A stretch of DNA of 64,000 nt from Cognatishimia sp. (GCF_013215215.1 NZ_JABSOU010000001.1), one strand, 5' to 3'. Shown: positions 1-9,986, numbered from the stretch's first letter. Translations and numbers: made by a program. The notes: generated by a model not told the origin, from the letters alone.

Positions 1-492
1 GTCTTTCATTAAACTCATAGTTATTATCTACAAGTTTTTTAATCATTTCTATCTGAGCTTTAACTAGTTGAATAGAATCCCTAAACGTTACTGCGTTATA
101 TAGGCTACCAACTCCTATGATAGGGGCTTCGTACATGGCTAATTTTCTAAGTATACCTTCATGTTCGCCAGCTTTTAAAACCGTACCAAATGCTTGTAGA
201 GATGCATATTTAGAAACATAGATTAAGCACTTAGGTTTAAATTGTTTAAAAACAGACTGGAATTTATTGTGCTTTTCTAATACAAATTCTTTAGCGTCCC
301 TCTCAACCTTCTTTATGAAATAAGGTATTTCTGGGCAACTCATTATAAAAGAAGTTTTTTTTATATTAACTCCTGCTTTCTTTAAAGAAGATAATAATAT
401 TTGCCCTTCTTCCCTTTCTATAAATTCAGCTATAGTGCCATTCATAGGCTCTAAAACTACTAAAACATCGCAATTCTTATTCCCAAAGTATC
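1..492 (-). CDS. partial CDS (runs off window start), hypothetical; weak resemblance to family-4 uracil-DNA-glycosylase-like fold
   Basis: Minus-strand ORF starting ATG at 492-490 (MRYFGNKNCDVLVVLEPMNGTIAEFIEREEGQILLSSLKKAGV...) open to window edge; directly downstream of helicase gene. Motif VLEPxxGxxxExxxxEGxxLLxxLxxAG loosely resembles UDG family 4. Confidence 0.3.
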
Positions 493-1776
493 TCATAATA
501 AGTTACTTATGTCCTCCATTACTACATCTTCTTCTCCAGAATCATCCCCTGTATACTCTTCTTTAATAGAATGAAACTCAATTGTAGATGTATCCAATTC
601 TCTTTTAACATAAAAAATAGTTCCTGCTCTTAACGCTCTACGTCCTTTAGTTACAGTCATTTCAAACAAGTTGGAATTAGACTCACAAACTCTTATCTCC
701 ATAACCAACGATGAGTGTCTTACTAAAGTCGAACCCCCTGCTACGTTACCCATACTAGCAGATTTTGTTTGTCTATTTTCGTTAATATTTTGTGTGCTAC
801 ATACCATGGGTATTTTGTACTTTTTATTGATACCTTTAAGTTGGTCTATAACAGCTTTTTGTAACTCCCAGCTATTATTGCTTTTAGTGCTGCCGTCATC
901 ATCCATTAAGTATATGCCGTCAACAAAAATAGCATCTGGTTTATATAGTTGTATAGCTGCGTGTAAGTCTCTAGTTCCATATCTTAGGTCTCCATCAACA
1001 AATATTATTGGTGGTTTATCTTTAAACTCTTCAACCAATCTTTTAGCCTCGTGGAACTGTCCTAAGTTTAACTTACCAGTCATAACCATATCAGCACTTA
1101 CTTGAAGCATTAAAGCAAGCGCTCTATCTGCTGTTTCTTCTTTAGACATCTCCATATCTATGTATAAAAGTTTTCTACCTGTTGCATGTGCAGCAAACAT
1201 CATATGCATCATCATCCAAGACTTACCAGTACCGCTAGGTGCGTGGACTGTTACTAAGTCTGTGGGCATAACTCCTAAAAACATAGCATCAATAGGCCCT
1301 AAGCCCATTGGCATACCAATTAACCCTGTATTTAACTTATTCTCATGCGCCCTCTGTAAGGCTTTCTCAATATTAGAGGACATATCACTGTAGAAATCAC
1401 TCTCTTTAAGAATAGCTATTTCATTTGCTACTGACATAAAATATTGAGATATCTCGTCTGCGTTTAGTAGTGCTACTTTCTCCTTATTTTCTGTGACTTC
1501 TAAAACCTTGACTCTGGCATACCTATCTAACACACCTTCTAAATAAAAGCTTGCTGGCTCTAATTCTTTCTTTATTAGTTTATAATCTTTTTCTTCTAAC
1601 GTTTCTCTTAAAGGTAAACAAGAAAAATTTCTATAGTGCTTCTCTAGCTCATAAAATAATTCTTTCTCCTCGTCTTTAATAAATAAATCTTCAGATAATC
1701 TACAAAAAACATCTAAATCTCTATTTTGTATTATTGAATTTAATAAAAAAGTCCCCTGTGTTGTTAACTTACTCAA
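493..1776 (-). CDS. DnaB-family replicative DNA helicase
   Basis: Walker A HAPSGTGKSWMMMHMMF, Walker B-like LLYIDMEMS, RecA-like C-terminal domain architecture typical of DnaB/T7 gp4 helicase domain; 427 aa. Confidence 0.8.
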   Translation of the reverse strand: MSKLTTQGTFLLNSIIQNRDLDVFCRLSEDLFIKDEEKELFYELEKHYRNFSCLPLRETLEEKDYKLIKKELEPASFYLEGVLDRYARVKVLEVTENKEKVALLNADEISQYFMSVANEIAILKESDFYSDMSSNIEKALQRAHENKLNTGLIGMPMGLGPIDAMFLGVMPTDLVTVHAPSGTGKSWMMMHMMFAAHATGRKLLYIDMEMSKEETADRALALMLQVSADMVMTGKLNLGQFHEAKRLVEEFKDKPPIIFVDGDLRYGTRDLHAAIQLYKPDAIFVDGIYLMDDDGSTKSNNSWELQKAVIDQLKGINKKYKIPMVCSTQNINENRQTKSASMGNVAGGSTLVRHSSLVMEIRVCESNSNLFEMTVTKGRRALRAGTIFYVKRELDTSTIEFHSIKEEYTGDDSGEEDVVMEDISNLL

Positions 1777-2303
1777 TACTCTAATCTCCCTGCACTTAAG
1801 ACTTTCTTAAACCATTTACTATATAAACTATTATTTATGGTTTGTGTAGCTGACTCATAATATGGTAACACTAAGCTATTGCCATTATTAAGCCAATGTT
1901 TATAAAAATATTGCAAAGAAGTTATTTTATCTTCTATCTCCTTGGTTTCATCAAAAAAATCTATAACGAATAAAAAGTCTACTCTCTTTAAAGTATCTGG
2001 ATGTTCTATGTCTTCTATAGTTATTTGTTTGGATAAAATGTCTTGACACATTATAGCTTTGTATGAATCATAAAAAGATTGATTTATCAATGTCTTAGCA
2101 AATATGTATGAAAATAAATAAAAATATTTTATATCGTCAGCTCTCACAAACAATATTTTACTAGGGTATACTATGGAACTAAAATTCTCTATATCATTAA
2201 AAAGTTTAACAGATTTTTCTGCATAAGTATATTTACTTAATTTCAAATCTTTGATATTAGTGTCAATTAATAACCTTTTCTTTATAGCTTTATCTTCTAT
2301 CAT
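1773..2303 (-). CDS. hypothetical protein (position suggests helicase loader/accessory)
   Basis: 176-aa ORF overlapping helicase start by 4 nt (translational coupling); no motif recognised. Confidence 0.3.
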   Translation of the reverse strand: MIEDKAIKKRLLIDTNIKDLKLSKYTYAEKSVKLFNDIENFSSIVYPSKILFVRADDIKYFYLFSYIFAKTLINQSFYDSYKAIMCQDILSKQITIEDIEHPDTLKRVDFLFVIDFFDETKEIEDKITSLQYFYKHWLNNGNSLVLPYYESATQTINNSLYSKWFKKVLSAGRLEY

Positions 2304-3223
2304 AGTCTTATAATTTGTGTTAAGTGATTATAACACTTTTTAAACCTTAATAAGTTCTCTTGTTTATCTAAATAATTATCTAAGACTTGTCCTTTAACCT
2401 TTATTGGGCTAGCTTTTGGACTGATTAAAATACTTTCTAAATAACTTTTTTTAGGCGTAAGTTCCTTAAAATCAAGGGAATGTGGTATTTTAGTATTTGG
2501 AACTTTATGTGTGTGTTTGGCTATTCTTTCTAAGGAATCTGGGGTTGCGGATCTCTCTGATAATAATGCTTTTAACCTCTTATTTTCAGCAGTTAAGTCC
2601 TCAATTCTTTTGTGTAGTAACTCATCTTTTGTTAGCATTTGCTGTTGTAGAAGCTTTTCTTTATATTCTACCTCTTGCTTTAAAACCTTATTATTTCTTA
2701 ATACCCTGCTAATCTCTTCCTTGTCTTTATTTAAATACTTACTTTTTGTACACCTAGCAATAGCTTCTCTAACTGGTATACCTTTTAGAACTAAGTCTAC
2801 AATTTGGTCATGTATTATATCTCCAGTGTAGTAATACATTTTGGATTCATCATAATAGCAATCCAAAAATATAGTTATTACTCCTTTTGAAGAGAAAAAA
2901 TTTATATTGAATGTGTCTAAGTTTTCTTTATCATTAAATCTACTAGTTATTATAGGTTTCCAATTCTGTACACAAAAGTCAAAAAAATCTGGTTTTATCT
3001 GTGTGCTAACTAAAAAATCTGCTATGTGGCAAAAACAATGATAGGTATCTTGGTTAAAAACAGTTCTTGTAAACTTTTGCCAAGATTTTAAAAAATAAGT
3101 GTAAACCATATTAGGCGTCAAATTAGCAGGATTGAAACTATCCTCAGAAGGTAGCACTACCTTCATAACTTCTGGTTTGTGCTTGTAAGTACTCTTTTGT
3201 TTTTTCTTTTTTGGTTCTCTCAA
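2300..3223 (-). CDS. hypothetical protein with C-terminal coiled coil
   Basis: 307-aa ORF, lysine-rich N-terminus, heptad-like EVEYKEKLLQQQMLTKDELLHKRIEDLTAENKRLKALL segment; overlaps upstream ORF so true start may be internal Met. Confidence 0.4.
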   Translation of the reverse strand: MREPKKKKQKSTYKHKPEVMKVVLPSEDSFNPANLTPNMVYTYFLKSWQKFTRTVFNQDTYHCFCHIADFLVSTQIKPDFFDFCVQNWKPIITSRFNDKENLDTFNINFFSSKGVITIFLDCYYDESKMYYYTGDIIHDQIVDLVLKGIPVREAIARCTKSKYLNKDKEEISRVLRNNKVLKQEVEYKEKLLQQQMLTKDELLHKRIEDLTAENKRLKALLSERSATPDSLERIAKHTHKVPNTKIPHSLDFKELTPKKSYLESILISPKASPIKVKGQVLDNYLDKQENLLRFKKCYNHLTQIIRL

Positions 3224-3842
3224 GAGTTATTCCTAATTCAGTTATTTTTTTTCCGTCTTTTATCCTCTTAAAATTTATAACATACCCAACCATAAAAAAT
3301 TCTTTTTTTAATTTTTCAAGCCCTTTATCAAAACAAAATTTATTAAAGTTTTTTTTGTATATTATCTTGAGAAAATCTTTTACCTTTATGCTTTGAGATT
3401 TACCGTTTAACAATAAGTAGCAAAGTAAATTTAATGCTTCGCATGAAATTTCTGAAAGCAAAGATATTTCAATGGTTATATAGTGCCTGCTAGGTAATAT
3501 ACACTTAGAGTAAGCACTCTTATTTAACAAAACCTCGAACTTAGCCTTATTTTGGTTAAACCTATCTACAAGCCCCAAGGTTGAAAGTTTTTCAAGGTCA
3601 CCTAGTAAGTATTCCTTTTTACTACTAAAAGTATCCTGACGGGCAACGCAGATGCCTCTACGTGAGTTTTCTATCGCTTCGATATATAAATTTCTTAAAA
3701 GAGTTAAATTTTGGTGGTAAAAATAAGCTTTGTTTTTTTCTCTTAAAACTACAGCACATGCCAAAAAAGTTCTTAGAACGCTCTTTCCCTCGATTATAAC
3801 CCTGTCAAAAATTGATTTTTCGACTTTGATCTTTTCTGCCAT
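3144..3842 (-). CDS. hypothetical protein; candidate origin-binding/replication initiator by position
   Basis: 232-aa basic protein whose start abuts the repeat-bearing AT-rich intergenic region; inference from synteny only. Confidence 0.3.
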   Translation of the reverse strand: MAEKIKVEKSIFDRVIIEGKSVLRTFLACAVVLREKNKAYFYHQNLTLLRNLYIEAIENSRRGICVARQDTFSSKKEYLLGDLEKLSTLGLVDRFNQNKAKFEVLLNKSAYSKCILPSRHYITIEISLLSEISCEALNLLCYLLLNGKSQSIKVKDFLKIIYKKNFNKFCFDKGLEKLKKEFFMVGYVINFKRIKDGKKITELGITLERTKKEKTKEYLQAQTRSYEGSATF

Positions 3843-3877
3843 ACCTCATATTTTAGCACAGGGTATGGGTTTTAGCT

Positions 3878-4175
3878 GTAAAAATTACTTTTTCACAAGA
3901 TCGCTGTATTTTTTGAAATAGTATAATTTCCCAGTCTAATGCTACTTTCAAGGGTTGATTTATTGGAAAAGAGGTTGTTTTTGCCAATAGTTTACTAACT
4001 ATAACTATATATTTATATTACTAGTTATATATTAATATTAAATATTATATATATATATTAATATACTATTGCTAAAAGTGGTGAAAAAAACCTGAATAGT
4101 TTTACCTGTGGTGCAAATACAAAGATTTCAATCTTGTGAAAAAGTAATTTTTACTTGTGAAAAAGTAATTTTTAG
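3878..4175. promoter_or_regulatory. origin-like / operator region: 21-22 bp element in one inverted copy (3878-3899) and two tandem direct copies (4133-4154, 4155-4175) flanking an AT-only tract with (AT)n
   Basis: CTTGTGAAAAAGTAATTTTTAC read directly at the three positions; each copy is a near-palindrome (AAAAAGTAATTTTT); between them 4000-4075 is almost pure A/T with ATATATATATATTA; sits between divergently transcribed genes. Confidence 0.5.
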
Positions 4176-4206
4176 GTTTTTTAGCTAAACTGACTTTTAT
4201 GCTAAA

Positions 4207-5430
4207 ATGGGTTTTATGAAAAAGCTTATTTTTGACAAAAAAAATGTTTTAAATTTCCCTTGCACTGATCTAAATTATGTTGCTTCGGAGTTGAAAAAAC
4301 ACAAGGAAATAAATTCGTATTATCTTTACTTCGAGGAGAAAGAATATATTTTTAAATCAGGCAATTTGTTACCTAAAGACAAAGTCGAAAGAGTGAAAAA
4401 TTACGCAAGTGTTTTTAATAAATTAGTTGGTTTACAAAAAGATATTTTAGTTTTTATAATCACAGATAAATATGAACTTGGGTTAAAAGAATGCTTAAAT
4501 AATATTGCCAATACTAAAGTTAAAGCAGTTCTTGTAGGTATAGAAGATCCAGAATATAAAAAAGTTTATTTGCCTGAACACCTAGATAATTTTTTAACCT
4601 TAAAATATCCTGTTAGCCCTCTGGTACATAAATTAGAAAAAAACTTAGATATTATAGGAATGGAAGGGTTGTCTAAATGGCTGCAAAGAAGGGTGAAAGC
4701 AATAGATATGAATTTATCATTAAGTATTAAGGGTATATCTGTACTAGGAGTACCTGGAACAGGTAAGACTGTATCTGCACATAAATGCGCCCAAGCCTTG
4801 AATAGGCCTCTATACTTATTAGATATACACTCTTGCTTAGATAAGTTCCAAGGAAATGCTGAAAAAAGTATAGACATAGCACTAGAACAACTAAAGTTTT
4901 ATGGTAAAGTAGTAGTTTTAGTTGATGAGGTAGATAAAATGTTCAATAGTGATTTACAAGACACCTCATCTGTGCAAAGAGTATTGAAAAAGCTTTTATC
5001 TTTTATGGATAATAACGATAACATATTTTTTGTTGTAACTGGAAACAATATAGAAACTATACCTAAAGAGTTGATAAGAAAGGGCAGACTTGATGATTAT
5101 TTTTACATTTCTAGACCAACCGAAAAACTTATAAAAAACTTTATTATAAAAAAAGTTGAAACTTATAATTTACCTAAAAAATATCTAAACAAAATTAAGG
5201 CTAAGCTAAAACCATCCCTTGATAACCTAGTTAAGTTTATGGAGGATTCTTGTTATCTATATACAGATATAAAATCATATCTAGACGAATTAGTTTTAGA
5301 TCTTATTAATGAAGAGAGCATAGATTTACACAGTATAGCCAAAAAAATAATATCTAGTTATGGTAGGTATAAAGAAGATTATGATAAAATAGAGGAATGG
5401 AGTAAAGACAATGCAAGAAACGCTAACTGA
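4207..5430 (+). CDS. classical AAA-family ATPase
   Basis: Walker A GVPGTGKT, Walker B VVVLVDEVD, second region of homology VVTGNNIETIPKELIRKGRLDDYFYISRPTEK; the candidate promoter TGcTAAAAT (4200-4208) overlaps the annotated ATG, so the start may be the second ATG at 4216. Confidence 0.8.
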   Translation: MGFMKKLIFDKKNVLNFPCTDLNYVASELKKHKEINSYYLYFEEKEYIFKSGNLLPKDKVERVKNYASVFNKLVGLQKDILVFIITDKYELGLKECLNNIANTKVKAVLVGIEDPEYKKVYLPEHLDNFLTLKYPVSPLVHKLEKNLDIIGMEGLSKWLQRRVKAIDMNLSLSIKGISVLGVPGTGKTVSAHKCAQALNRPLYLLDIHSCLDKFQGNAEKSIDIALEQLKFYGKVVVLVDEVDKMFNSDLQDTSSVQRVLKKLLSFMDNNDNIFFVVTGNNIETIPKELIRKGRLDDYFYISRPTEKLIKNFIIKKVETYNLPKKYLNKIKAKLKPSLDNLVKFMEDSCYLYTDIKSYLDELVLDLINEESIDLHSIAKKIISSYGRYKEDYDKIEEWSKDNARNAN

Positions 5431-5824
5431 TCAATTAGAGAACAAAGTATTAATTGAGGCAGTTTCTGGTAAGCTAGATAATATCCATTGTTCTTTCTCA
5501 CTTTACAGCAAGGATAAGAAACTTGATTACGAGGAATTTGTACACAACCAAACTTTTATAGGAAAGATAAAGTATTATAACCTTTTGGTTGATGAAAAAA
5601 CCATACTAAAAGTAAAAATAGTAGATAAGAATCTAGGATTACCTATATCGAATGAGTTTACTTTTTTATGTAGTGATAAGTTTTGTTTTAACGAGTTAAT
5701 ATATAATAATAGAGACCAGTTTGCTTTTTATGGTAAGTTTGGGCTTAATAAAAAACTTAGTGATTTTGACGAAGATCTATTTTTGTTTGGTAAATATAGT
5801 GCAACTCTATTCGACACCAAATAA
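5411..5824 (+). CDS. hypothetical protein
   Basis: 137-aa ORF overlapping upstream stop; converges on minus-strand tail genes. Confidence 0.35.
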   Translation: MQETLTDQLENKVLIEAVSGKLDNIHCSFSLYSKDKKLDYEEFVHNQTFIGKIKYYNLLVDEKTILKVKIVDKNLGLPISNEFTFLCSDKFCFNELIYNNRDQFAFYGKFGLNKKLSDFDEDLFLFGKYSATLFDTK

Positions 5825-6874
5825 ACTTTCATCTTCAGGGTCTAGTACTTTTTGTATTTGTGGATTACTTTTGTCTCCTTTTATATTATTAACTAAAGTA
5901 TAAGAAGCAGTTAACTCACCTTGCTTCTGATAAGAATAAACTACTTTGCTTATAATATATGTTCTATTAATAACATCCCTAGGAAAACCAGTAACCTCTA
6001 CTTTATTTTCAGCAGGTATTCTAAACATAGGCTCTAAACTTAAAGTGAAATTTATATCTCCCCTAACTATCTGATTAAGGGCAGCATTAGCTCGTTGTAC
6101 TGCCTCGTCCCTAGATCCCATAACCTCTAATAATTGCTTAGATGGACTTCCTTCACCTACGGTTAGTATAGCCATATCTTCCTCCCCGTCTTCATTAGTT
6201 ATGCGATAGTATACCTGTACGCTTTTGAAAGTTTCTTTATCATCTTGTTCCCAATTATAATTTAATACTTCCCTTCTATTTATAGGTAAAATAGGTAACT
6301 CTACTTCAGGTTGGTGTACTAAGGTGTCTGGTGCTCTCCTAGAAAAGAGTAGTGTGTTATTCTGTACTTTAAATAAGGCATCGTGTTCTTGCCCCAAATC
6401 AAATAATAATCTTTGATTGGATATCCCGTTCTGGTCTTTATTGACTAATACGTTATAAAAGTAAGGCTCTATTCTAGCAGTTAACCCAGATTCTTTAGCT
6501 ACTCTATCTACTATGAAACCTACAGATTTATTTATAAAGCTTCTAGTCTTATTTTGTAATAAAGATGTGTTTGTTGATGCACTTTTGAATATTAAGTTAG
6601 CAAAATCATCACTTGTATCACCTGTGTAAGATATCTTAGAAAGGGCATAAGTACCTATTAAGAATAAGCCCGTTTCTTGAAACCCTAATTGTAAAGTAAC
6701 TTTAGTACCTCGCTCTGGGTGTTCAAAATTATTATCTTCATATATGGTTACTATTAGTACATCATTTTTTTGCCCAGATTCATCTGTAGCAGTAATTTTT
6801 TGAACCCTACTCATAATTTCAGACATTTCTTCGTCTGCACTATTTCTTAAACTATATGCTGGTGTTAACGCCAT
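5807..6874 (-). CDS. P2 gpD-like tail protein (late control D family), by synteny
   Basis: 355-aa ORF that is last gene after TMP-U-X in a P2-like order; size matches gpD; no motif verified. Confidence 0.45.
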   Translation of the reverse strand: MALTPAYSLRNSADEEMSEIMSRVQKITATDESGQKNDVLIVTIYEDNNFEHPERGTKVTLQLGFQETGLFLIGTYALSKISYTGDTSDDFANLIFKSASTNTSLLQNKTRSFINKSVGFIVDRVAKESGLTARIEPYFYNVLVNKDQNGISNQRLLFDLGQEHDALFKVQNNTLLFSRRAPDTLVHQPEVELPILPINRREVLNYNWEQDDKETFKSVQVYYRITNEDGEEDMAILTVGEGSPSKQLLEVMGSRDEAVQRANAALNQIVRGDINFTLSLEPMFRIPAENKVEVTGFPRDVINRTYIISKVVYSYQKQGELTASYTLVNNIKGDKSNPQIQKVLDPEDESLFGVE

Positions 6875-6877
6875 ACT

Positions 6878-7090
6878 TTAATCCCAAAGACTTACTTGTT
6901 GCAAATCTCCATCTCTAGTTAAATTTAAATCTGGTAAGTTTATCTCTACCCCAGCAGGTAAAACGGTATCATAGTCCAGTAGTTGTGGGTTAAACTCAAA
7001 TAATTGCTCAGTAGTACCACGCTCATAACCATAATTTTTTTTAGCTATATTATCAAGCATATCGCCATCTTTAGTAGTATATATTCTCAT
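6878..7090 (-). CDS. tail protein X-like, LysM-domain
   Basis: 70 aa; DMLDNIAKKNYGYERG...NPQLLDYDTVLPAGVEINLP resembles LysM fold of P2 gpX; located between U-like and D-like genes as in many P2-like tail clusters. Confidence 0.55.
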   Translation of the reverse strand: MRIYTTKDGDMLDNIAKKNYGYERGTTEQLFEFNPQLLDYDTVLPAGVEINLPDLNLTRDGDLQQVSLWD

Positions 7091-7656
7091 TATGGTATTA
7101 TAAAGTCCTCCACTCTATTAGCTATCTGCGATATACCTCGTAACGTCTCCCTTGACCTAGCAACTATAAAGTCATCTTGCGTAACTTCTAATACTTGGAA
7201 ATCTAAAACAGTGTTGATAGTATCTTTACTCGCTTCTAAATCTTTCTTAAGTTGCAAAGTGAAATCTTGCTCTACTGGAACTCCTAACTGATTATATTTT
7301 TGGCTAGTAACATTAAGTTCCTCCATAACCCACTTACCCATATTTCTGCCTAAACCATCAATATAGTCATAAGGGATTTTAGCATCACCCATTCTTTTTA
7401 ACTGCTCTAGAGATTGGTTCCCATATAAGTTGTTTATTAACCTAACTGAATCTAGGCTTAGACCAAACTCACTAAAGTCATGTAATATTTTTCCTGTTAG
7501 TATTTTTATAGGTGCTTTAGTTCCGGCATTCCTCAAAGTATCTTGCCCATATAAGAGCTCACGATCTTTCCAAGACCACCTATATCTATCCGTAGACTGT
7601 TGAAAATTAGTCGTGTCTGCTTGAAAATAAAAATTACCTAACCTAGCTACTGGCAT
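7090..7656 (-). CDS. gpU-like tail protein
   Basis: 188-aa ORF immediately downstream of tape measure; start overlaps TMP stop; synteny-based. Confidence 0.4.
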   Translation of the reverse strand: MPVARLGNFYFQADTTNFQQSTDRYRWSWKDRELLYGQDTLRNAGTKAPIKILTGKILHDFSEFGLSLDSVRLINNLYGNQSLEQLKRMGDAKIPYDYIDGLGRNMGKWVMEELNVTSQKYNQLGVPVEQDFTLQLKKDLEASKDTINTVLDFQVLEVTQDDFIVARSRETLRGISQIANRVEDFIIP

Positions 7657-9974
7657 TAATACAAAGACCCTCCTACCATTACCGAAGAAGGTTGACCTGC
7701 TGCTAATACAGAAGAATCTTTAAAAGACTTAAATTTAAGATCTTTCAATACCTCTTTAACTTTATCTGCTAATTCGTTATTATCTGCACCTTCTTTTGTT
7801 GTTATATTTATTACATAACTATCGTTACTAGTAACATTTTGTAGTTGGTTACTAAACGATGTTAATTCATTTAATACTTTATTCTTTTTAGAAGCCATTT
7901 GTTGCTCCATTAGGGAATATTCTTTATTAGGGTCTGCCGAGGTATAACTCAAATTAGATGGGTCAATACCCAAGAAATTTTTAGTTTGATTCTCCTTATG
8001 CTTTTTAAAAGCTTTATAGCCAAAGTATCCAGCAGCGCCTATCGCGGCAGTGCCTGCTATCCAAGGCAAAGCTGGTCCAGCTATTGCAGCCCACATACCC
8101 ATTGCTAGGTTTCTTATGTTGGTTATAGTTGAAGCTAGGAATCCCCATTTACTAACATTAAATAAACCACCCATCGCAGCCGTATTAAATAATATAGCTT
8201 CACCTGTAAGGAATTTCATAGTAGCTTTTAATAATTGGATTTTTATTACCACATCTACTACCCCCATACCTAATCCACCAAACACTCTAAGTACATTACC
8301 TACAAGCATTTGTGTAGTTCCAACTGCTAAGTTGAAAGCACCAAAACCAACTATCATTGCAGGGAGGTGTCTGGCTATTTTCTGTCCTATAGGGTCTTCT
8401 CGTAAGTACGTGGTAATATTTTTAATTACCCCAGAAGCGTCTTTGAGCATGGAAACTAATGCTTTACCACTTTCACCTTCAAAAAAGACTGTATTGGCTA
8501 ATTCTCTTATATTCTGTACTAGAATAGAAACTTGTTGACCTGCGGTATTCATAGTTTCTGCTACTTGCTTATTTATTAAATCTTGCTTAGCAGCAGCCCT
8601 TAGATTATCTAACTCTTCTGAGTATTCTCTTAAACTCTTTTTACCTTCAGATACTACGTTTTCTATGGCTGTAATAGCTTCCCCACCGAAGACCTCTTTT
8701 ACAAAAGCCTTAAATGCCCTCGGGGTAGTTTTTTCTTTAATCTTAACCAACTCTTCTAGCGCAGTTTGCATTCCCTTAAATCTGCCAAAGTCATCATAAA
8801 TATCAAAATCTACACCTACTCCATATACCGGATCAGCATAAGCAGCTATAGTATCTTTCATTTTTTTAGTAGGTGCTGCTAGTCTAGCAAAAGAGGTCTT
8901 TAAAGCTCTAGTTGCTAACCCACCTTTTAACCCGGATTTACCAACTAAGGTTATGAAAGCTAAAGCATCCTCTAATGTAGCATTGCCTCCCATGGCCTTA
9001 AAAGAAGGAGCTAGATACTTCATAGATTCGTTTAAATCTGATATACTTATAATGGAATCGTTAGCCGCTTTTTGAACCATGTTCATAGCATCTCTAGCCG
9101 TAATTCCAGCACGTTTCATATAACTCCCAAATGCTGATTGAATCTGGGATAAAGAAGTTAAAGCTACTTCTGGAGATTCCCCAGAACCTACAGCCATATT
9201 TACCATGGTATCTAAAAACCCGCCTTGAGTCTGGTATGAATAACCAAAACCTGCTTTTTGTAAACCTAAAGACAGATCAGCAATTTTAGAAACACTTAAC
9301 CCCCTAGTAATAGCTAAATCTCTTATTTTATTTCTTAGATTACCTCTATTAAATACCTCCTCGTCATTTTGAGCAGTTATTAAAGCCATAGTTTTTTGTA
9401 AAGCCATAGGCTCTTTAAAAAAGTTGTGCATACCATAAAGCATTGCAGAGCCCGCCCCAAAGTTCATAAAACCTTCACTAATCATCCCATGACCAGCTCT
9501 TTTCATTCCTTTGAACATACCAGCAGCTTTCATTCCTCGTTCCCTTATGCTAGCTATTTTATTTTGGTATTCTAGTTGTCTATTTAAGTTTTTCTGCTCA
9601 TTAGCTACATTTCTTGTGCTAATACCATATTCTTTTAAAGTGCGTTCTGTCTTAGATAAAGTATCTTTTTCCCTATTTAAACTTCTATTTATTTCGTCTA
9701 CTTTATTCTTAAGTTGCTTTTGTTTCGTAGCAGCCTCTAAGCTAGCGCCAGAAAATTTCTTCAACTCTTCTTTGGCTTGTTTATATTCTTTTTCTAACTT
9801 ATTAACACTTTGTTGTACTTCTTTGTACTTTTTAGTAGCGTTTACGGCAGATTCTGTTTTTGATACTAATTTATCAAATTTCTTAACTACTTTTTCCGCT
9901 TTATCGAAAGTGGGGAAGAAGTTTTTGGCAAATACTGCCCCTATTCTTAGCTGTATTCGGTTATCTGATCTCAA
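7656..9974 (-). CDS. tail tape measure protein
   Basis: 772 aa; N-terminal long coiled coil (KE-rich), central Gly/Ala-rich hydrophobic segments, position after chaperone E/E'; annotated start is TTG overlapping the stop of a 19-codon uORF with AAGGAGG SD. Confidence 0.75.
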   Translation of the reverse strand: MRSDNRIQLRIGAVFAKNFFPTFDKAEKVVKKFDKLVSKTESAVNATKKYKEVQQSVNKLEKEYKQAKEELKKFSGASLEAATKQKQLKNKVDEINRSLNREKDTLSKTERTLKEYGISTRNVANEQKNLNRQLEYQNKIASIRERGMKAAGMFKGMKRAGHGMISEGFMNFGAGSAMLYGMHNFFKEPMALQKTMALITAQNDEEVFNRGNLRNKIRDLAITRGLSVSKIADLSLGLQKAGFGYSYQTQGGFLDTMVNMAVGSGESPEVALTSLSQIQSAFGSYMKRAGITARDAMNMVQKAANDSIISISDLNESMKYLAPSFKAMGGNATLEDALAFITLVGKSGLKGGLATRALKTSFARLAAPTKKMKDTIAAYADPVYGVGVDFDIYDDFGRFKGMQTALEELVKIKEKTTPRAFKAFVKEVFGGEAITAIENVVSEGKKSLREYSEELDNLRAAAKQDLINKQVAETMNTAGQQVSILVQNIRELANTVFFEGESGKALVSMLKDASGVIKNITTYLREDPIGQKIARHLPAMIVGFGAFNLAVGTTQMLVGNVLRVFGGLGMGVVDVVIKIQLLKATMKFLTGEAILFNTAAMGGLFNVSKWGFLASTITNIRNLAMGMWAAIAGPALPWIAGTAAIGAAGYFGYKAFKKHKENQTKNFLGIDPSNLSYTSADPNKEYSLMEQQMASKKNKVLNELTSFSNQLQNVTSNDSYVINITTKEGADNNELADKVKEVLKDLKFKSFKDSSVLAAGQPSSVMVGGSLY

Positions 9975-9986
9975 TTATTAGTACAC

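Noticed and set aside
671-1393. Plus-strand ORFs (671-1105, 1160-1393) inside the helicase gene
   Set aside because: Shadow ORFs antisense to a well-supported CDS; low-complexity hydrophobic translations typical of AT-rich antisense frames. The same applies to 2497-2831, 8050-8538, 9511-9981, 10188-10553, 11619-11846, 13758-14386, 17155-17442, 24653-25195, 27089-27436, 30664-33104, 40646-40834, 43887-44075 and 45034-45451.
4000-4075. Low-complexity AT region as a mobile-element terminal repeat
   Set aside because: No flanking inverted repeats with target duplication, no transposase nearby; consistent with DNA-unwinding element.
3878-4175. CRISPR array
   Set aside because: Only three repeat copies, one inverted, with no regular spacer spacing; better explained as operator/iteron sites.
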